64,000 nt of DNA from Phycisphaeraceae bacterium (GTDB taxonomy: Bacteria > Planctomycetota > Phycisphaerae > Phycisphaerales > Phycisphaeraceae), in contig OY771506.1 in NCBI GenBank assembly GCA_963674705.1, positions 2,048,001-2,112,000 on the forward strand, written 5' to 3'. Below, piece by piece: positions 20,701 to 29,783 of this stretch; positions within the stretch are counted from its first letter, which is position 1, and every line of letters begins with the position of its first letter. The translations under genes and the position numbers were made by a program. Below the pieces are notes generated by a model, which worked only from the letters and a program-made list of their open reading frames with translations, had not been told where the DNA came from and ran no database searches.

Positions 20701-20702
20701 AT
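14787..20702 (-). CDS. Large secreted multidomain protein: cadherin/PKD/Ig domains, FG-GAP propeller, FN3/chitobiase-like domains, prenyltransferase-repeat alpha/alpha barrel, C-terminal alpha/beta domain
   Basis: Hydrophobic N-terminal signal ending VYG. Repeated FGxxVxxxG...vvGAP blades. Ca-binding DTDGDLISDYQE. QxxxGxW repeats (WLIANQDESGCW; YLRDQQQPNGSW). Confidence 0.85.
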   Translation of the reverse strand: MMLNRSITMQVLDYIYTIIRTCTSLCIPASRKTNCAPSRYGLSLINVILFTLVSLHFCPHVYGFGTLENQAPEIRFSNYGEWSNSPYVQEIIQDNDLIFEDDNVSPLAINRFWIVDADSMPEELLVTLELRVHGSDTAIISSNNVGSISLSTVDGLRHPTDPSWTGQNEQSMTFYGEYMDSSYTLVLHNALDDLRFSPHPDFIGRVDLYIYVNDEGHNGAYVNNLPDKKSDSDTVVINVIPESIPLSTGTTEDTPLTISYDNLTDDAGFPNDTSGDPEYAGEPVILVVTSLESGRLFKDDIEVELDDSVVIQNGDELVWYPDADVSDPDIDAFSVKIIAQDGWISSPIPVLIDVTANNAPPVVVIDGNDEVTAIAGDEYQELDIATLSDTEDSSLTVTWTVVSQPDNSTVTFSTDSSHNATSEEPYVTFNTEGSYVLRVTTTDSGGNSDFDTVMFNVSPSTAPAAPTIVMLNPADGQYLGHTGETSHLIRALITDTGDVDPDSVTFEIYHSPDATPIRLSATYPEDAEDEYVADWRPGADGLYMLKVSASNKSGITTESYSVVNVDSNPLSGIDGATVQIISSTATEDEFGYAVDISGNFAIIGAPKNNITGTATNAGKVYFYKRDVDDENTDGDVTDWISDGSFDLGTNATNNDQFGFSVAISGNRAVVGAPYYDGTDTDSGAVFHFKRVDGDWTMDTTPLEDPYHGDDYNYEEHEYGFAVDLDKDTLVVGAPGWERLDTNPVQDKRGRAYVYKISDSDEYELVTSLGLFPRGSVGGSASNEDGAQFGYAVAVSGNAIAVGSPFREVSGVTDAGEVFVFEEEHDQWDMTLRLVMGYPSANAHFGSSVALEGRYLLVGEKNRTRSTIPSAGNAHLFERKEDTWLNLSNTDDRDAVNLTTPVAYQAYGTAVALQNQTLVIGEPKVTGVLNTPGNAYIFNLASSGASLSTTLSGTTSSHNDDRMGQSVAIYNGTILVGAPSVTTTEEGYVTFFTIDTPTAVMTSPRDQDSFAYGQDITVFALPFDPQGVANIGAVKLLVDGDEYETNLGEYSNTPAYYVILSTDLAPGKHTLAIRVTDDDSNTYDTDPITIDIYNVDNTPDEVLGSTPANTDNDTFTLPGEVETQIEDWKELLYYGNLDTIGSDSSSLDTDGDLISDYQELFDGTDPTVADGLPQIVSPMYPLQASTVPAPVSYDSVQDDNYGLRLTINTQGLNTSGSNHEIIITDRFGKEITDRAYISTNGIEIAIDPMDGNDPAAVDESQYLSGITHVYTVSLDNDTTDSIPATVYEIFFTVDASPPVVTASRPGGRVSEDSISVTLTSNDDVQPTNIVYELDGSGTWINYTGAIDINKSTVLAFKATDNAGNVGPVGQVYYQFGDELHPISGFLASYNQSTRYIDCTWDNWVPSAGYTTPIIGYHIYRAINPVDIKRLKDSLENDYPPPHYLRLTGSTDGVSHETTEYTDNDTTPGTTAWYGVTITTADGNESVISNLSEVTTALPPANEPTIDYDIVVKRATRWLIANQDESGCWDGDNTSRIVATSQALNALGRVNGVTENHPDIINRGLAYIAGHFEDNNDAIARSAETLQRYRWHTHAIHTKLEFRANKSGDDLQGWGIQRNYYPDPLHTALGAIARHTASYDTLGLEDITDFLADTTADTTIQSIVGTNRYGWIPRNSDSIYVSALVYKATNQHHPITSPVYSWITPEVDGSYGGNILDTAGVMLALPITDTARDAAKYYLRDQQQPNGSWEDDPFLTALCLEAMADRQALLLHGANGNNVSALGALMERRGYTVTEKTASTFNPSQVYDYQLILVTGDIDHATLGTQIRDVPIPVIVCSAYLYHDMAMAGPETTETGTDADAGIASSQDTISILATDHPLAAGISNLGEVFDSTYSITWAKPVNNRSYIATLESDNTVATIFIYETGDPMVGGLTAPARRLGCFVNSNADALTDEGKALLDAAIEWITTPVVRP

Positions 20703-20788
20703 GATCTACGTTCCTTAAATCTCTACCATGTGTAATGGCACAATGGTCAAGTCGAATCTATTACAAACCCCTGTTACGTTGCTGTGAG

Positions 20789-22135
20789 CTATTGCATGTT
20801 CTCGATAGCTTCAATCTGATTCACGATATGCTCTACCATGGAGATAGTATTTGTGATCTCATCAATTGCAGATGGGCTTGCCTGATCTAGCAGTGAAGAG
20901 AATCTTGAGACATCATGCCTGGCTTGTTCGAAGTTGAAATAGGCAAGATTGTTCAGCACCATCTGTTGTAGACAGGCCAATCTGGTGGAGTCTGTGGTGG
21001 CTAACGACATGGCACTATTAAGTAATTGTTGACCCGAAAGGGGTGATGGCTTATGAGTATCGTCGGTGAGGCCAACACTGTATGCCTTGGCAATCATCCA
21101 TTGTGCACGCAGGTCGTCTAAAAGTGAGGTGTCTTTGATTAAGGTATCGAGTTGGGTATGCCATGCAGGTGCATCAGATGTTTGGCTGAAGGATGATGAA
21201 AGAACACGCAAAATGTCCTGTCTCAGATCTCCCTCTGTAGCCGCAACAAGCAACATGTCGCGCTGTGCCTGACTACGAATTGGTTGAGCCAGTAGTTCCA
21301 CATATTCGTAGCGGAAACGCCAGTACAGTTCCGTGTTCGTCATCTTCTCTAAATAAGCCGGCAGATGTTCCACGTACTGGCTGCTCGTGGATTGGTAGTC
21401 ATCTAGGAGATCGAAGATTTCCTGCCAAATCCTCAGAGACGATGCTTCACGGGCATCCGTCAGGTTGAAAGGTGCTTTGGATTCGATCTCGGTAGCCCAA
21501 CGTTTACCGAGGTCCTGGGCCAATGCAATTTTCTCGTCTGCCGTCAGGTGCGGAGCAAGTGCTCGTACCGCGGCTCCAAGATCTCTGGCTGGGACTTGAT
21601 GGCTGTCTTCTGTACTTAACGCCTTGAGGATACTCGTCTTGAACTGTGGTGCTGATGCAAGTTGCTCCGGAGTCTCGAGTTGTGCCAGGAGCCAAACGTT
21701 CTGATTAAACGATAATGTGGTGGTGCTCTTGGCTCCATCCAGCCATGCCAAGACGATCGCACCACGGTCATCGCTACCAGAGCGTAAATAGCGGTACAGC
21801 GTCTGGATGTCTTGCAGTTCCTGATATGTCAGCTTCGGGGCAAGGCCATCGGCTGATGCGTACGCCTCTTCTATAGCCATTGCGATCGCCTGCTTATCTA
21901 GAGCGCTGGCCGATTTGGCTATCCGAGGCGCCTGCCCCAGAAGGTCTGAGATGGAGGTGCTTCTGATGGCAGACTCACTCGCGAGTGGATGCTTCGATTC
22001 GACTTGTGCTAATAGCGGAGAAGAAAGCAATGCCATTGAGGTGCAGATTGCTCCCATCGCCATTAGATTGCGTAGCGCGTACATCTTGGTTCGTCGTTTG
22101 TGCTTTTGCGTGTGCACCGTATGTCTCCTGGACAC
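20789..22135 (-). CDS. Secreted alpha-helical hypothetical protein (likely start ATG 22084)
   Basis: Signal peptide ending PLLA|Q, helical composition, and a C-terminal half homologous to the upstream 554-aa protein. Confidence 0.8.
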   Translation of the reverse strand: MSRRHTVHTQKHKRRTKMYALRNLMAMGAICTSMALLSSPLLAQVESKHPLASESAIRSTSISDLLGQAPRIAKSASALDKQAIAMAIEEAYASADGLAPKLTYQELQDIQTLYRYLRSGSDDRGAIVLAWLDGAKSTTTLSFNQNVWLLAQLETPEQLASAPQFKTSILKALSTEDSHQVPARDLGAAVRALAPHLTADEKIALAQDLGKRWATEIESKAPFNLTDAREASSLRIWQEIFDLLDDYQSTSSQYVEHLPAYLEKMTNTELYWRFRYEYVELLAQPIRSQAQRDMLLVAATEGDLRQDILRVLSSSFSQTSDAPAWHTQLDTLIKDTSLLDDLRAQWMIAKAYSVGLTDDTHKPSPLSGQQLLNSAMSLATTDSTRLACLQQMVLNNLAYFNFEQARHDVSRFSSLLDQASPSAIDEITNTISMVEHIVNQIEAIENMQ

Positions 22136-22171
22136 TGTGGTGAGGTATTTATCTTTAAAGATCGTGGGTAA

Positions 22172-23836
22172 TCACTTGTCTGCGCTGTTGTTCGAGACCT
22201 GAAGCTGCATATCGTTGACTTCACTGAGGGTTGGCGAATCACTCAGCTTGGAGGCTTCTGCTGCCAAGATGGCCTCTGCTTTGTCTGAACGGTTAAATCG
22301 CATGTCGTCTGCCACGATCCACTTAAGAACCGCCAGACGGTCTTGTTCATCTGACGCTGCCGATAGTGCATCTACAGCCCACTCGCGTGGTGTTTTTGTA
22401 TCGGTAGGGTCGTTAACGGTGAGTCCGACTGGTGATGCTGCATCGGCTCTCATGAGCATCCACCGGGAACGCTGGTTCATGGGAAGCGATTCGTTTGCGG
22501 CTTTGTCTTCCAGTTCGCTGCGCCAAAGTGCAGCTTGTGCTGTTCCGCGGTAGCGCCAGGTCAGGAGCTTGCCGATTTTAACCCGGGGATTACCCTGATC
22601 ATCTACAAGCCGGGTACGGAGGTCCTCTCGTAGTTGTTCAGTATCAAACAAGCTGGCCATGTTCTCATAATGCCAGTGGAACCCATCGATCGAATCTGTT
22701 TCTTCAAAGCGATCAGCCACATAATGGGCAAGTGTTTCTAATTGATCTTCATCAAGACGTGGTGCTAGCGAGCGGAGTACGCGTGCCAAGCCCATCCCTT
22801 GCGAATCAGCCACGGCCAGCAGGCTTGGGTCGATCGCCAATCGGTCTCGGAGGTGTTCAATGAGCCTGCGCTCGGCTTCTCGTGCTTGTGGGTGTGTGCG
22901 TGCCAGGAATATCCAGTCGTATAGGGCATTGAATTCGCGGTATGTTGCGTTCTGCATCCACACGTTGCTGTTGAGCAGCCATGTGAGGGTCCATTCGGTA
23001 ACCAGCGATTCATCTATCCCGGCCTTACGAGATTCCTTGCGTAGGTAATCGATGTTCCAGACGGTAAATCCCAGGAATGCGTCTTGATTCGATCCTACAA
23101 GATCCATGATCTGCGAGGCGATGTCTTGATCTTTTTCGGCGTGATCAGTACTTGAATTGGATGTGATTAATCGGAGCTTTGCGTAGAGTGCAGTCGCACT
23201 ATTCCCATCCGATTCTGCCATGAGGTTATCGATATGGTTGATCAGGGTCTGACGTGTGTTTGACATGTCCTCATCAAGCGTCTGCTCGACATCATTTACC
23301 CAACCAATCAGCAAGCCCAGTTCGGTATTCCCGGCCCGATCAAGCATGCTGGTGTTGGTTAACAGATAGGTCTTCGTCCACTCACTTGTCGTGTCTGATG
23401 TTATATCCAATTCTTTTGCTAGACGACGCAAACGCCATACATCCCAAACACCTAGGCTGGAAAGCTCGCCACGATTGCTTTGAATCCGGTCGGTTAATGC
23501 GGTCGCCAGAATGTCGTGACGACTGCTATCAATCCGGTCTTGGAATCGCTCGGCCAACTTGGTGAATTCAGATAAACCAAGTGAAGCCTCCTCGCCACCA
23601 TCATCTAGATATAAGGTCCAAACATGATTCGTGAGTAACTCACGATCTGTTGCGGCTAAAGATGCCCAGGTTTCAGCGCTTAATGAAGAGAGTACTTCAT
23701 TGGGCGTCCATTCCTGCCAGTCTTTTGGCAGGTCGGCCGATACCCTTCCTCCAATACAAACGATTATGACACACGCCAGAGTACGAATGAACCTTTTTAA
23801 TAGGTTCTGATGATTCAATTTCATGATTATGAACAC
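22172..23836 (-). CDS. Secreted alpha-helical repeat hypothetical protein
   Basis: Signal peptide ending RVSA|D, an internal duplicated helical unit, and homology to 20789..22135. Confidence 0.8.
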   Translation of the reverse strand: MFIIMKLNHQNLLKRFIRTLACVIIVCIGGRVSADLPKDWQEWTPNEVLSSLSAETWASLAATDRELLTNHVWTLYLDDGGEEASLGLSEFTKLAERFQDRIDSSRHDILATALTDRIQSNRGELSSLGVWDVWRLRRLAKELDITSDTTSEWTKTYLLTNTSMLDRAGNTELGLLIGWVNDVEQTLDEDMSNTRQTLINHIDNLMAESDGNSATALYAKLRLITSNSSTDHAEKDQDIASQIMDLVGSNQDAFLGFTVWNIDYLRKESRKAGIDESLVTEWTLTWLLNSNVWMQNATYREFNALYDWIFLARTHPQAREAERRLIEHLRDRLAIDPSLLAVADSQGMGLARVLRSLAPRLDEDQLETLAHYVADRFEETDSIDGFHWHYENMASLFDTEQLREDLRTRLVDDQGNPRVKIGKLLTWRYRGTAQAALWRSELEDKAANESLPMNQRSRWMLMRADAASPVGLTVNDPTDTKTPREWAVDALSAASDEQDRLAVLKWIVADDMRFNRSDKAEAILAAEASKLSDSPTLSEVNDMQLQVSNNSADK

Positions 23837-23881
23837 CTTTTGTTGATGTAGACTCGTTCTGAACGTGTCCTCTTATTGCGT

Positions 23882-24028
23882 GCGTAATTACCGCGCATCA
23901 TTGATCGGAAGCCAGATGCTTGTGACCAATGAATGCAACATGCATGGCAGATTGATGAGTGTTGACTATCAACCTGATTGACGCACCGGCAAAACACTTG
24001 CCGCAAATAAGCGCGTAACTACCGCGCA
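23882..24028. promoter_or_regulatory. Pair of 16-bp quasi-palindromic direct repeats in the divergent intergenic region (candidate operator)
   Basis: GCGTAATTACCGCGCA (23882-23897) and GCGTAACTACCGCGCA (24013-24028), 15/16 identical. Confidence 0.35.
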
Positions 24029-24547
24029 CGTGCACTTACAGCTTTAGTTGTATTTAGGATCCTCCCTGATCCCCCATCCAGATAAGATAGCACAACGTAC
24101 CCACACGATCAGATTCAGGCTGGTAATGCCGGAAACAGTGGGCTAATGAACCCCCAAGATAATGGTATAACACGGCGAGAAGAAGGCAAACATTAAAGCC
24201 CGGCTCTCTTATGATGACCTATGTATCAGCAGCCGATATCAAAGTCAAGGATATTTTTATTCCATCTGAAAATTCAAAGGCATTATCGTGATTACTTCAT
24301 GTCGTCAGGTATAGACGTCTAAGACAATCTTCTAATACTATGTAGATTGTCGGATGTCGAAGATCGGCAAGTGTACATGCGCTTATACGAGACCAGGAGA
24401 ATCTGGAATGTGGTCCAGATGCTTCTTTAGAAGATGAATCTACCAAGGATTATATTCTCAGAACAGCAAGTATATGGCATGTATTACCAGAACCTTCTTG
24501 CTAAACTATATTGGGCGACTTAGGGATGCCCTTCGGGAGTTATATAC

Positions 24548-26800
24548 ATGCCCAGGCTCACAGTTACTCTGATTGCTTTCTTATGCTTGGCAACTTCAGC
24601 CGTAGCACCTCTTCGAGAAGCCATCGCGCAGGTTCCGAACAACGACGATCCGATGATCGAATTGACTTTCAGTGAGAATGTCGAGCTGAAGGTGGTGATC
24701 GATTATGTCGCCAAGCGGCTGGATATGAATGTGTTGTATGACGAGCAGGTGGGGAACAAGCTGGTAACGATCAAATCGCCGGGGCCTGTGCCGCGCAGTT
24801 CGCTGTTGGGATTGTTGCAGAGCGTGCTGCGGATGAAGGGGCTGGTGCTGGTGGATGCGGACGAGCCGGGCTGGAAGCGTGTGGTGATCGTCGGGGAGAT
24901 GGGGGCCTATGCGAAGGCGGATAAAGACCCGCAGTCCGGGGCTCGGGCGGTGACGCAAGTATTTCGTTTGAGTAATCTGGATGGCAAACAAGCCGAGCAG
25001 ATGGTGGTGCCTTTACTGACCCGTCCCGGCGGCAACGCGATCGGTATTCCTAGGCAGCCGATCGTGATCGTTACGGACTTCGCATCAAATATGCCACGCA
25101 TTGAACAGGTGTTGAGCCTGATTGACGAACCACGCAGCGGTGTGGTGTTGCGGTCGTACACGGTTCAGCATGCGGCGTTGACTGAGTTGTCGCGGCTGGT
25201 CCAGGAGCTGATCAGTGCCCGTCAAAAAGCTGAATGGGGATCTTCGCAAGACAGTGGTTTGCAGGTCACGCTTACACCTGTGCCGCACGCGAACCGGATC
25301 GTGGCGGTGGGTGTCCAGCAGCAGGTCGAAGAAGCGTTACGGTTGCTGCAGGATTTGGATGTGCCCGACCGGCTGATCACGCGTGCGTATCAGTTTCAGT
25401 ATACGACGCCGACGCAAATCAATGATCTCGTGCAGGGCCTGCTCGATCCGGCGATGCCGCAGACGAAGTACCGCCAGGTGATCGATGAAGACCTGGGCCT
25501 GTTGGTTGTCGTCACGACCGAAGCGATCCACAGTCAGATTGAAGCGTTAGCGAACGATCTGGATGTGGCGCCATTAGAGGACGAGAATCCGGTTCGCATC
25601 TACCGGTTGTTGAACACCGAAGCGGCGGATGTGCTGGCAACGATCCGGACGCTGGAAAGCGGCGTGGGGTTTGATAATTTTCTTTTAGCGGAAACCGGGG
25701 AAGGCGGCACCGGCGTAGCCGATAGCAAGCAACCGGGCTCAAGTCTTACCACCACTGCTGTTGATAGAAAGAGTAATTCAACATCGCCACCCAAACGTTC
25801 TTCAACGGACCGGATACTCAGCAATCTCGATGCGAGCGGGGGGGCACTTCTGCCTTCGGGCAATGTGGATGTACGGGTTGCGGTTGATGAGCATACGAAT
25901 AGCATTCTGGTCATCGCGCCGCCTGCTGAGCAAAAGGTTTATGAACGCCTGATCGAGTTGTTGGATCAGCGCCGGCCACAAGTGATGATCGAAGCGGTTA
26001 TTGTCACGCTGGATACAAGCAATGGTTACACGTTTGGTGTGGAGATCGCTGGTTCGGGGTCTGCAGGGAGCCTCGGGGGGGACTATCTGGTATTCAGCTC
26101 TTTCGGGCTCAGCGAGCCAGACACGTCGACCGGGTCACTGGCATTGATCCCTGGATTGGGATTCAACGGCACGCTATTGAATTCGGATGTGGCGGATGTG
26201 GTGATCAGGGCGCTGCGCACGAACGGCCGAGCAACGGTGATGTCCGCGCCGCGGATTCTGGTGAACGATAACACTGCGGGCACGTTGAGCAGCGTCGCGG
26301 CGGAGCCTTACGCGGCGATTGTGGATTCATCCAACAACACCTCCACCACAACACTCGGCGGCAATTCCGAGGCCGGTACGACGATTACCGTTACGCCGCG
26401 AATCAGCATGGATGATTACCTTCAGCTTGAATATAACATCGAGCTGAGTAACTTTACCGGCGATCGATCTGCAAACCTACCGCCGCCAAGTCAGCGCAAC
26501 ACGATCCAGAGCGATGTCACCATCCCCGACGGTTACACGATCGTGGTCGGTGGGATCAACCGTATCGATAATTCGAACACGGAATCCGGCATCCCCGTGC
26601 TCAGTGAGATTCCCGTCCTCAAACATTTATTCAGCAGCCAGGATGTCAGCCACCGTGAGCAGACGTTGTTTGTGTTTATCCGCCCGGTGATCTTGCGGGA
26701 CGATCGTTTCGCTGACCTGAAGTATTTGTCCGGCAGGGATCGTGACCTGGCGGGGCTGGATAGTGAGTATCCGAGCAGTGAATCGTTGTCCGTTTATTGA
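24548..26800 (+). CDS. gspD: Type II secretion secretin
   Basis: Signal peptide, N-domain repeats, LDQRRPQVMIEAVIV, APRILVNDN, TIVVGG, GIPVLSEIPVLKHLF, LFVFIRPVI. Confidence 0.93.
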   Translation: MPRLTVTLIAFLCLATSAVAPLREAIAQVPNNDDPMIELTFSENVELKVVIDYVAKRLDMNVLYDEQVGNKLVTIKSPGPVPRSSLLGLLQSVLRMKGLVLVDADEPGWKRVVIVGEMGAYAKADKDPQSGARAVTQVFRLSNLDGKQAEQMVVPLLTRPGGNAIGIPRQPIVIVTDFASNMPRIEQVLSLIDEPRSGVVLRSYTVQHAALTELSRLVQELISARQKAEWGSSQDSGLQVTLTPVPHANRIVAVGVQQQVEEALRLLQDLDVPDRLITRAYQFQYTTPTQINDLVQGLLDPAMPQTKYRQVIDEDLGLLVVVTTEAIHSQIEALANDLDVAPLEDENPVRIYRLLNTEAADVLATIRTLESGVGFDNFLLAETGEGGTGVADSKQPGSSLTTTAVDRKSNSTSPPKRSSTDRILSNLDASGGALLPSGNVDVRVAVDEHTNSILVIAPPAEQKVYERLIELLDQRRPQVMIEAVIVTLDTSNGYTFGVEIAGSGSAGSLGGDYLVFSSFGLSEPDTSTGSLALIPGLGFNGTLLNSDVADVVIRALRTNGRATVMSAPRILVNDNTAGTLSSVAAEPYAAIVDSSNNTSTTTLGGNSEAGTTITVTPRISMDDYLQLEYNIELSNFTGDRSANLPPPSQRNTIQSDVTIPDGYTIVVGGINRIDNSNTESGIPVLSEIPVLKHLFSSQDVSHREQTLFVFIRPVILRDDRFADLKYLSGRDRDLAGLDSEYPSSESLSVY

Positions 26801-26826
26801 TCCGTTCGCGTGCAAGGTAGATAGCT

Positions 26827-28566
26827 GTGGCAAATAGCATCCTGTTAGAACTGGCCGAGGGGGTTCAACGGCAAGCCGAGGTTGAAGGCTCATCGCTTTC
26901 CGATGATTGGCTGGATGCTGACAGCGTGAGTCGGGCGCGTGATCCGCTTGCCTTACTGATTAAGAGTGCGAATGAAAAGGGCGTGAGTGAGGCGGCGGTG
27001 TGTCGCGCTGTGGCAGACGTATTAGGCGTGCCTTATATAGATAGCCTGGCGGGTTGTGCGGTATCGGCTGACTTCATGGATGCGATCCCGATCCACTTCG
27101 CCCGCAGGCATCAGGTCGTGGGGCTCGCTGGTGGGGCGAATGATGAACTCGAACCGATCACAGTGGCGACGGCATCACTGAGCACGGTTGATCGTGTATA
27201 TGAACTGAGCCGGTTCCTCGGACGCAAGGTGCGGCCGGTGATTGCGACTTCCAAGCAGATCCAGGCATCGATCAACGTGGCATATCAGAAACAGGAGGGG
27301 CAGGCGAAAACCTTTATCGATCAGATCGATCGCAGCGATGTACTGGATGAAGTCTCGCGTTTATCAGAGCATGAAGACCTGCTCGATGTTGATAGCCGGG
27401 CCCCGGTGATTAAGCTGGTGAATCTGATTTTGTTTGAAGCAGTCAAGGCGCGCGCTTCGGATGTGCATATTCAGCCGTATGAAGAAACGCTAGTCGTGCG
27501 TTTGCGGATTGATGGCGTGTTGTACGACACGTTCGATGTGCCCAAGCACCTTCAGGATGAAGTCATCAGCCGGATGAAGGTGATGGGGAAGATGAACATC
27601 GCCGAGAAGCGTCTTGCACAGGATGGTCGTGCCGCGGTGCAGATCGGCGACCGGATTATTGATCTTCGCATCGCTTCGCTACCGACCAGTTTCGGGGAAC
27701 GGGTTGTGATCCGTCTATTAGATAAAAGCTCGGAGTTATTCACACTCACAGAGTTGGGCATGCCGGGCAAGACGCTTGAGCAGTTCCAGTCTCTTATCGG
27801 TTACGAGCATGGGCTGATCCTGGTGACGGGTCCGACGGGCAGCGGGAAGACGACGACGTTGTACGCTGCATTGCAGCAGGTAAACGCGACGGAGCGGAAC
27901 ATCCTGACACTTGAGGACCCGATCGAGTATCAGTTGCCGGGCATCAGCCAGACACAGGTGAGTGAAAAGAAGGGGCTGACGTTTGCACATGGATTGCGAA
28001 GCGTATTGCGTCAGGACCCGGATATCATCATGGTCGGCGAGATCCGCGATCACGAAACAGCGGTGATGGCGATCCAGTCCGCGTTGACCGGTCACCTGGT
28101 ATTTTCGACGTTGCATACCAATGATGCGCCCAGTGCGGTGACGCGTTTGCTTGATCTTGGTGTGGAGCCTTACCTGGTTGCAAGTTCGTTGGTGGGTGTG
28201 TTGGCGCAGCGGCTTGTCAGACGTGTATGCCGATCGTGCGTGACAGCATATGAGCCGACAGAGAGAGACTTGGTAAAACTGGGATTAAGTCCGGAGGATA
28301 CCGACACGGCTGGAATGCGCAGCGGCGGAGGGTGTGAGGTATGCCGACAAACGGGATACGTCGGGCGAGAAGGCATATTTGAACTGTTAACGGTAAACGA
28401 TGCGGTGCGTCATTTGATCCAGACGCGCGCCAGTGCATCGCAGATAGGCCGGGCCGCCGTAGAGTCGGGTATGGAAACATTGCGCGACGCCGGGCTGGAG
28501 AAAGTGAAGCGAGGCGTGACGACAATCGATGAAGTGGTGCGTGTGACGACGAGGATGCAAGCCTGA
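26827..28566 (+). CDS. gspE: Type II secretion ATPase
   Basis: ASDVHIQP, Walker A GPTGSGKT, LRQDPDIIMVGEIRD, STLHTND, and a tetracysteine motif. Confidence 0.95.
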   Translation: MANSILLELAEGVQRQAEVEGSSLSDDWLDADSVSRARDPLALLIKSANEKGVSEAAVCRAVADVLGVPYIDSLAGCAVSADFMDAIPIHFARRHQVVGLAGGANDELEPITVATASLSTVDRVYELSRFLGRKVRPVIATSKQIQASINVAYQKQEGQAKTFIDQIDRSDVLDEVSRLSEHEDLLDVDSRAPVIKLVNLILFEAVKARASDVHIQPYEETLVVRLRIDGVLYDTFDVPKHLQDEVISRMKVMGKMNIAEKRLAQDGRAAVQIGDRIIDLRIASLPTSFGERVVIRLLDKSSELFTLTELGMPGKTLEQFQSLIGYEHGLILVTGPTGSGKTTTLYAALQQVNATERNILTLEDPIEYQLPGISQTQVSEKKGLTFAHGLRSVLRQDPDIIMVGEIRDHETAVMAIQSALTGHLVFSTLHTNDAPSAVTRLLDLGVEPYLVASSLVGVLAQRLVRRVCRSCVTAYEPTERDLVKLGLSPEDTDTAGMRSGGGCEVCRQTGYVGREGIFELLTVNDAVRHLIQTRASASQIGRAAVESGMETLRDAGLEKVKRGVTTIDEVVRVTTRMQA

Positions 28567-29783
28567 TGCCTGTTTTTGCGTACAAGGCGTTATTGAGTGG
28601 CGAACACGGACCGCAGGCCGTGACGGGCACACTCACAGCCGATTCACCCCGACAAGCACGGGACACGCTTCGATCGCGCGGCTACACCATCCAGCATGTC
28701 AGCGAGCACCGTGAAGCGATTGGTTACAGCCAATGGCTAAGAAAGCTGCCGGGGCGTAACTACCAGACACAAACCACGATATTTGTCGGCGAACTGTCAA
28801 CACTGCTGGGTGCGGGCATCCCGTTGATCGATGCGATCGACACGATCCTGAAACAGCTCAGCGGGGCGTTCCATAACGCTATCCTGCAACTGCGGGACCG
28901 TATCGCAGCAGGGACAGGTTTGGCCGAAGCGATGCGTGAGCAGCCGCGTGTGTTTGATGAGTTGACTGTGACGATTACGGAAGTCGGGGAAAACGCAGGC
29001 ACACTGGATACGGTGCTCGATCAATTAGCGCGGTTCAAGGAAAGATCTCTGCAATTCAAAGGGCGTATCGCCAATGCCTTGATCTACCCCTGCATCGTAC
29101 TGCTACTTGGGGTAGGCGTGAGTCTGTTTTTAATGACGTATGTGTTGCCTAACATGCTTAATGCATTGGTTGAGGCGGACCGTGAATTGCCTTGGATAAC
29201 GAAACTGGTCAAGGGCTTGAGTGATTTTCTGCTCTACCGTTGGTGGGCCGTGTTGCTGGTTGTTATGGCCGGTGTGCTGGTGTTTGGGATGGCATCGCGT
29301 TCGATGCGGTTAAAGATGCTTTGGCACAGGGCACAATTGCGATTGCCTGTACTTGGTGTACTGATCCGCAAACAGGCGATCGCGCGGATAGCGATGGTGA
29401 TGGCGACACTGCTGAAGTCGGGCGTGGAGTTTGTTCGTGCGATTCAGATCGCGCAGCGGACCACGCAGAATCTTGCCTTACGGCAGGCGATTGCGCAGTG
29501 TGAGGCCGCGGTGCAGGCCGGTCAGGACATCGCGGACGGGCTTGAAGATACCGGGGCGTTTCCCCCGACGGTGTTGCAGATCTTTTCTGTGGGTCAGCAA
29601 TCCGGCAAGCTTGAAGCGATGCTAGACAGGCTGGCCGGCGATTACGATCAGCAAGTGGCACTGGCATCACAACGTGTCGGGGCGATGCTGGAACCGATGC
29701 TTATTCTTGTCATGGTGATGATGGTGGGAGCGATCCTCTTCGCGACGATCCTTCCGATCCTGGAGACTGCCAATGTGTTGTAG
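28566..29783 (+). CDS. gspF: Type II secretion inner-membrane platform protein
   Basis: MPVFAYKA start, LLGAGIPL, GENAGTLD, IYP, and GQQSGKL; two T2SSF domains with TM helices. Confidence 0.93.
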   Translation: MPVFAYKALLSGEHGPQAVTGTLTADSPRQARDTLRSRGYTIQHVSEHREAIGYSQWLRKLPGRNYQTQTTIFVGELSTLLGAGIPLIDAIDTILKQLSGAFHNAILQLRDRIAAGTGLAEAMREQPRVFDELTVTITEVGENAGTLDTVLDQLARFKERSLQFKGRIANALIYPCIVLLLGVGVSLFLMTYVLPNMLNALVEADRELPWITKLVKGLSDFLLYRWWAVLLVVMAGVLVFGMASRSMRLKMLWHRAQLRLPVLGVLIRKQAIARIAMVMATLLKSGVEFVRAIQIAQRTTQNLALRQAIAQCEAAVQAGQDIADGLEDTGAFPPTVLQIFSVGQQSGKLEAMLDRLAGDYDQQVALASQRVGAMLEPMLILVMVMMVGAILFATILPILETANVL

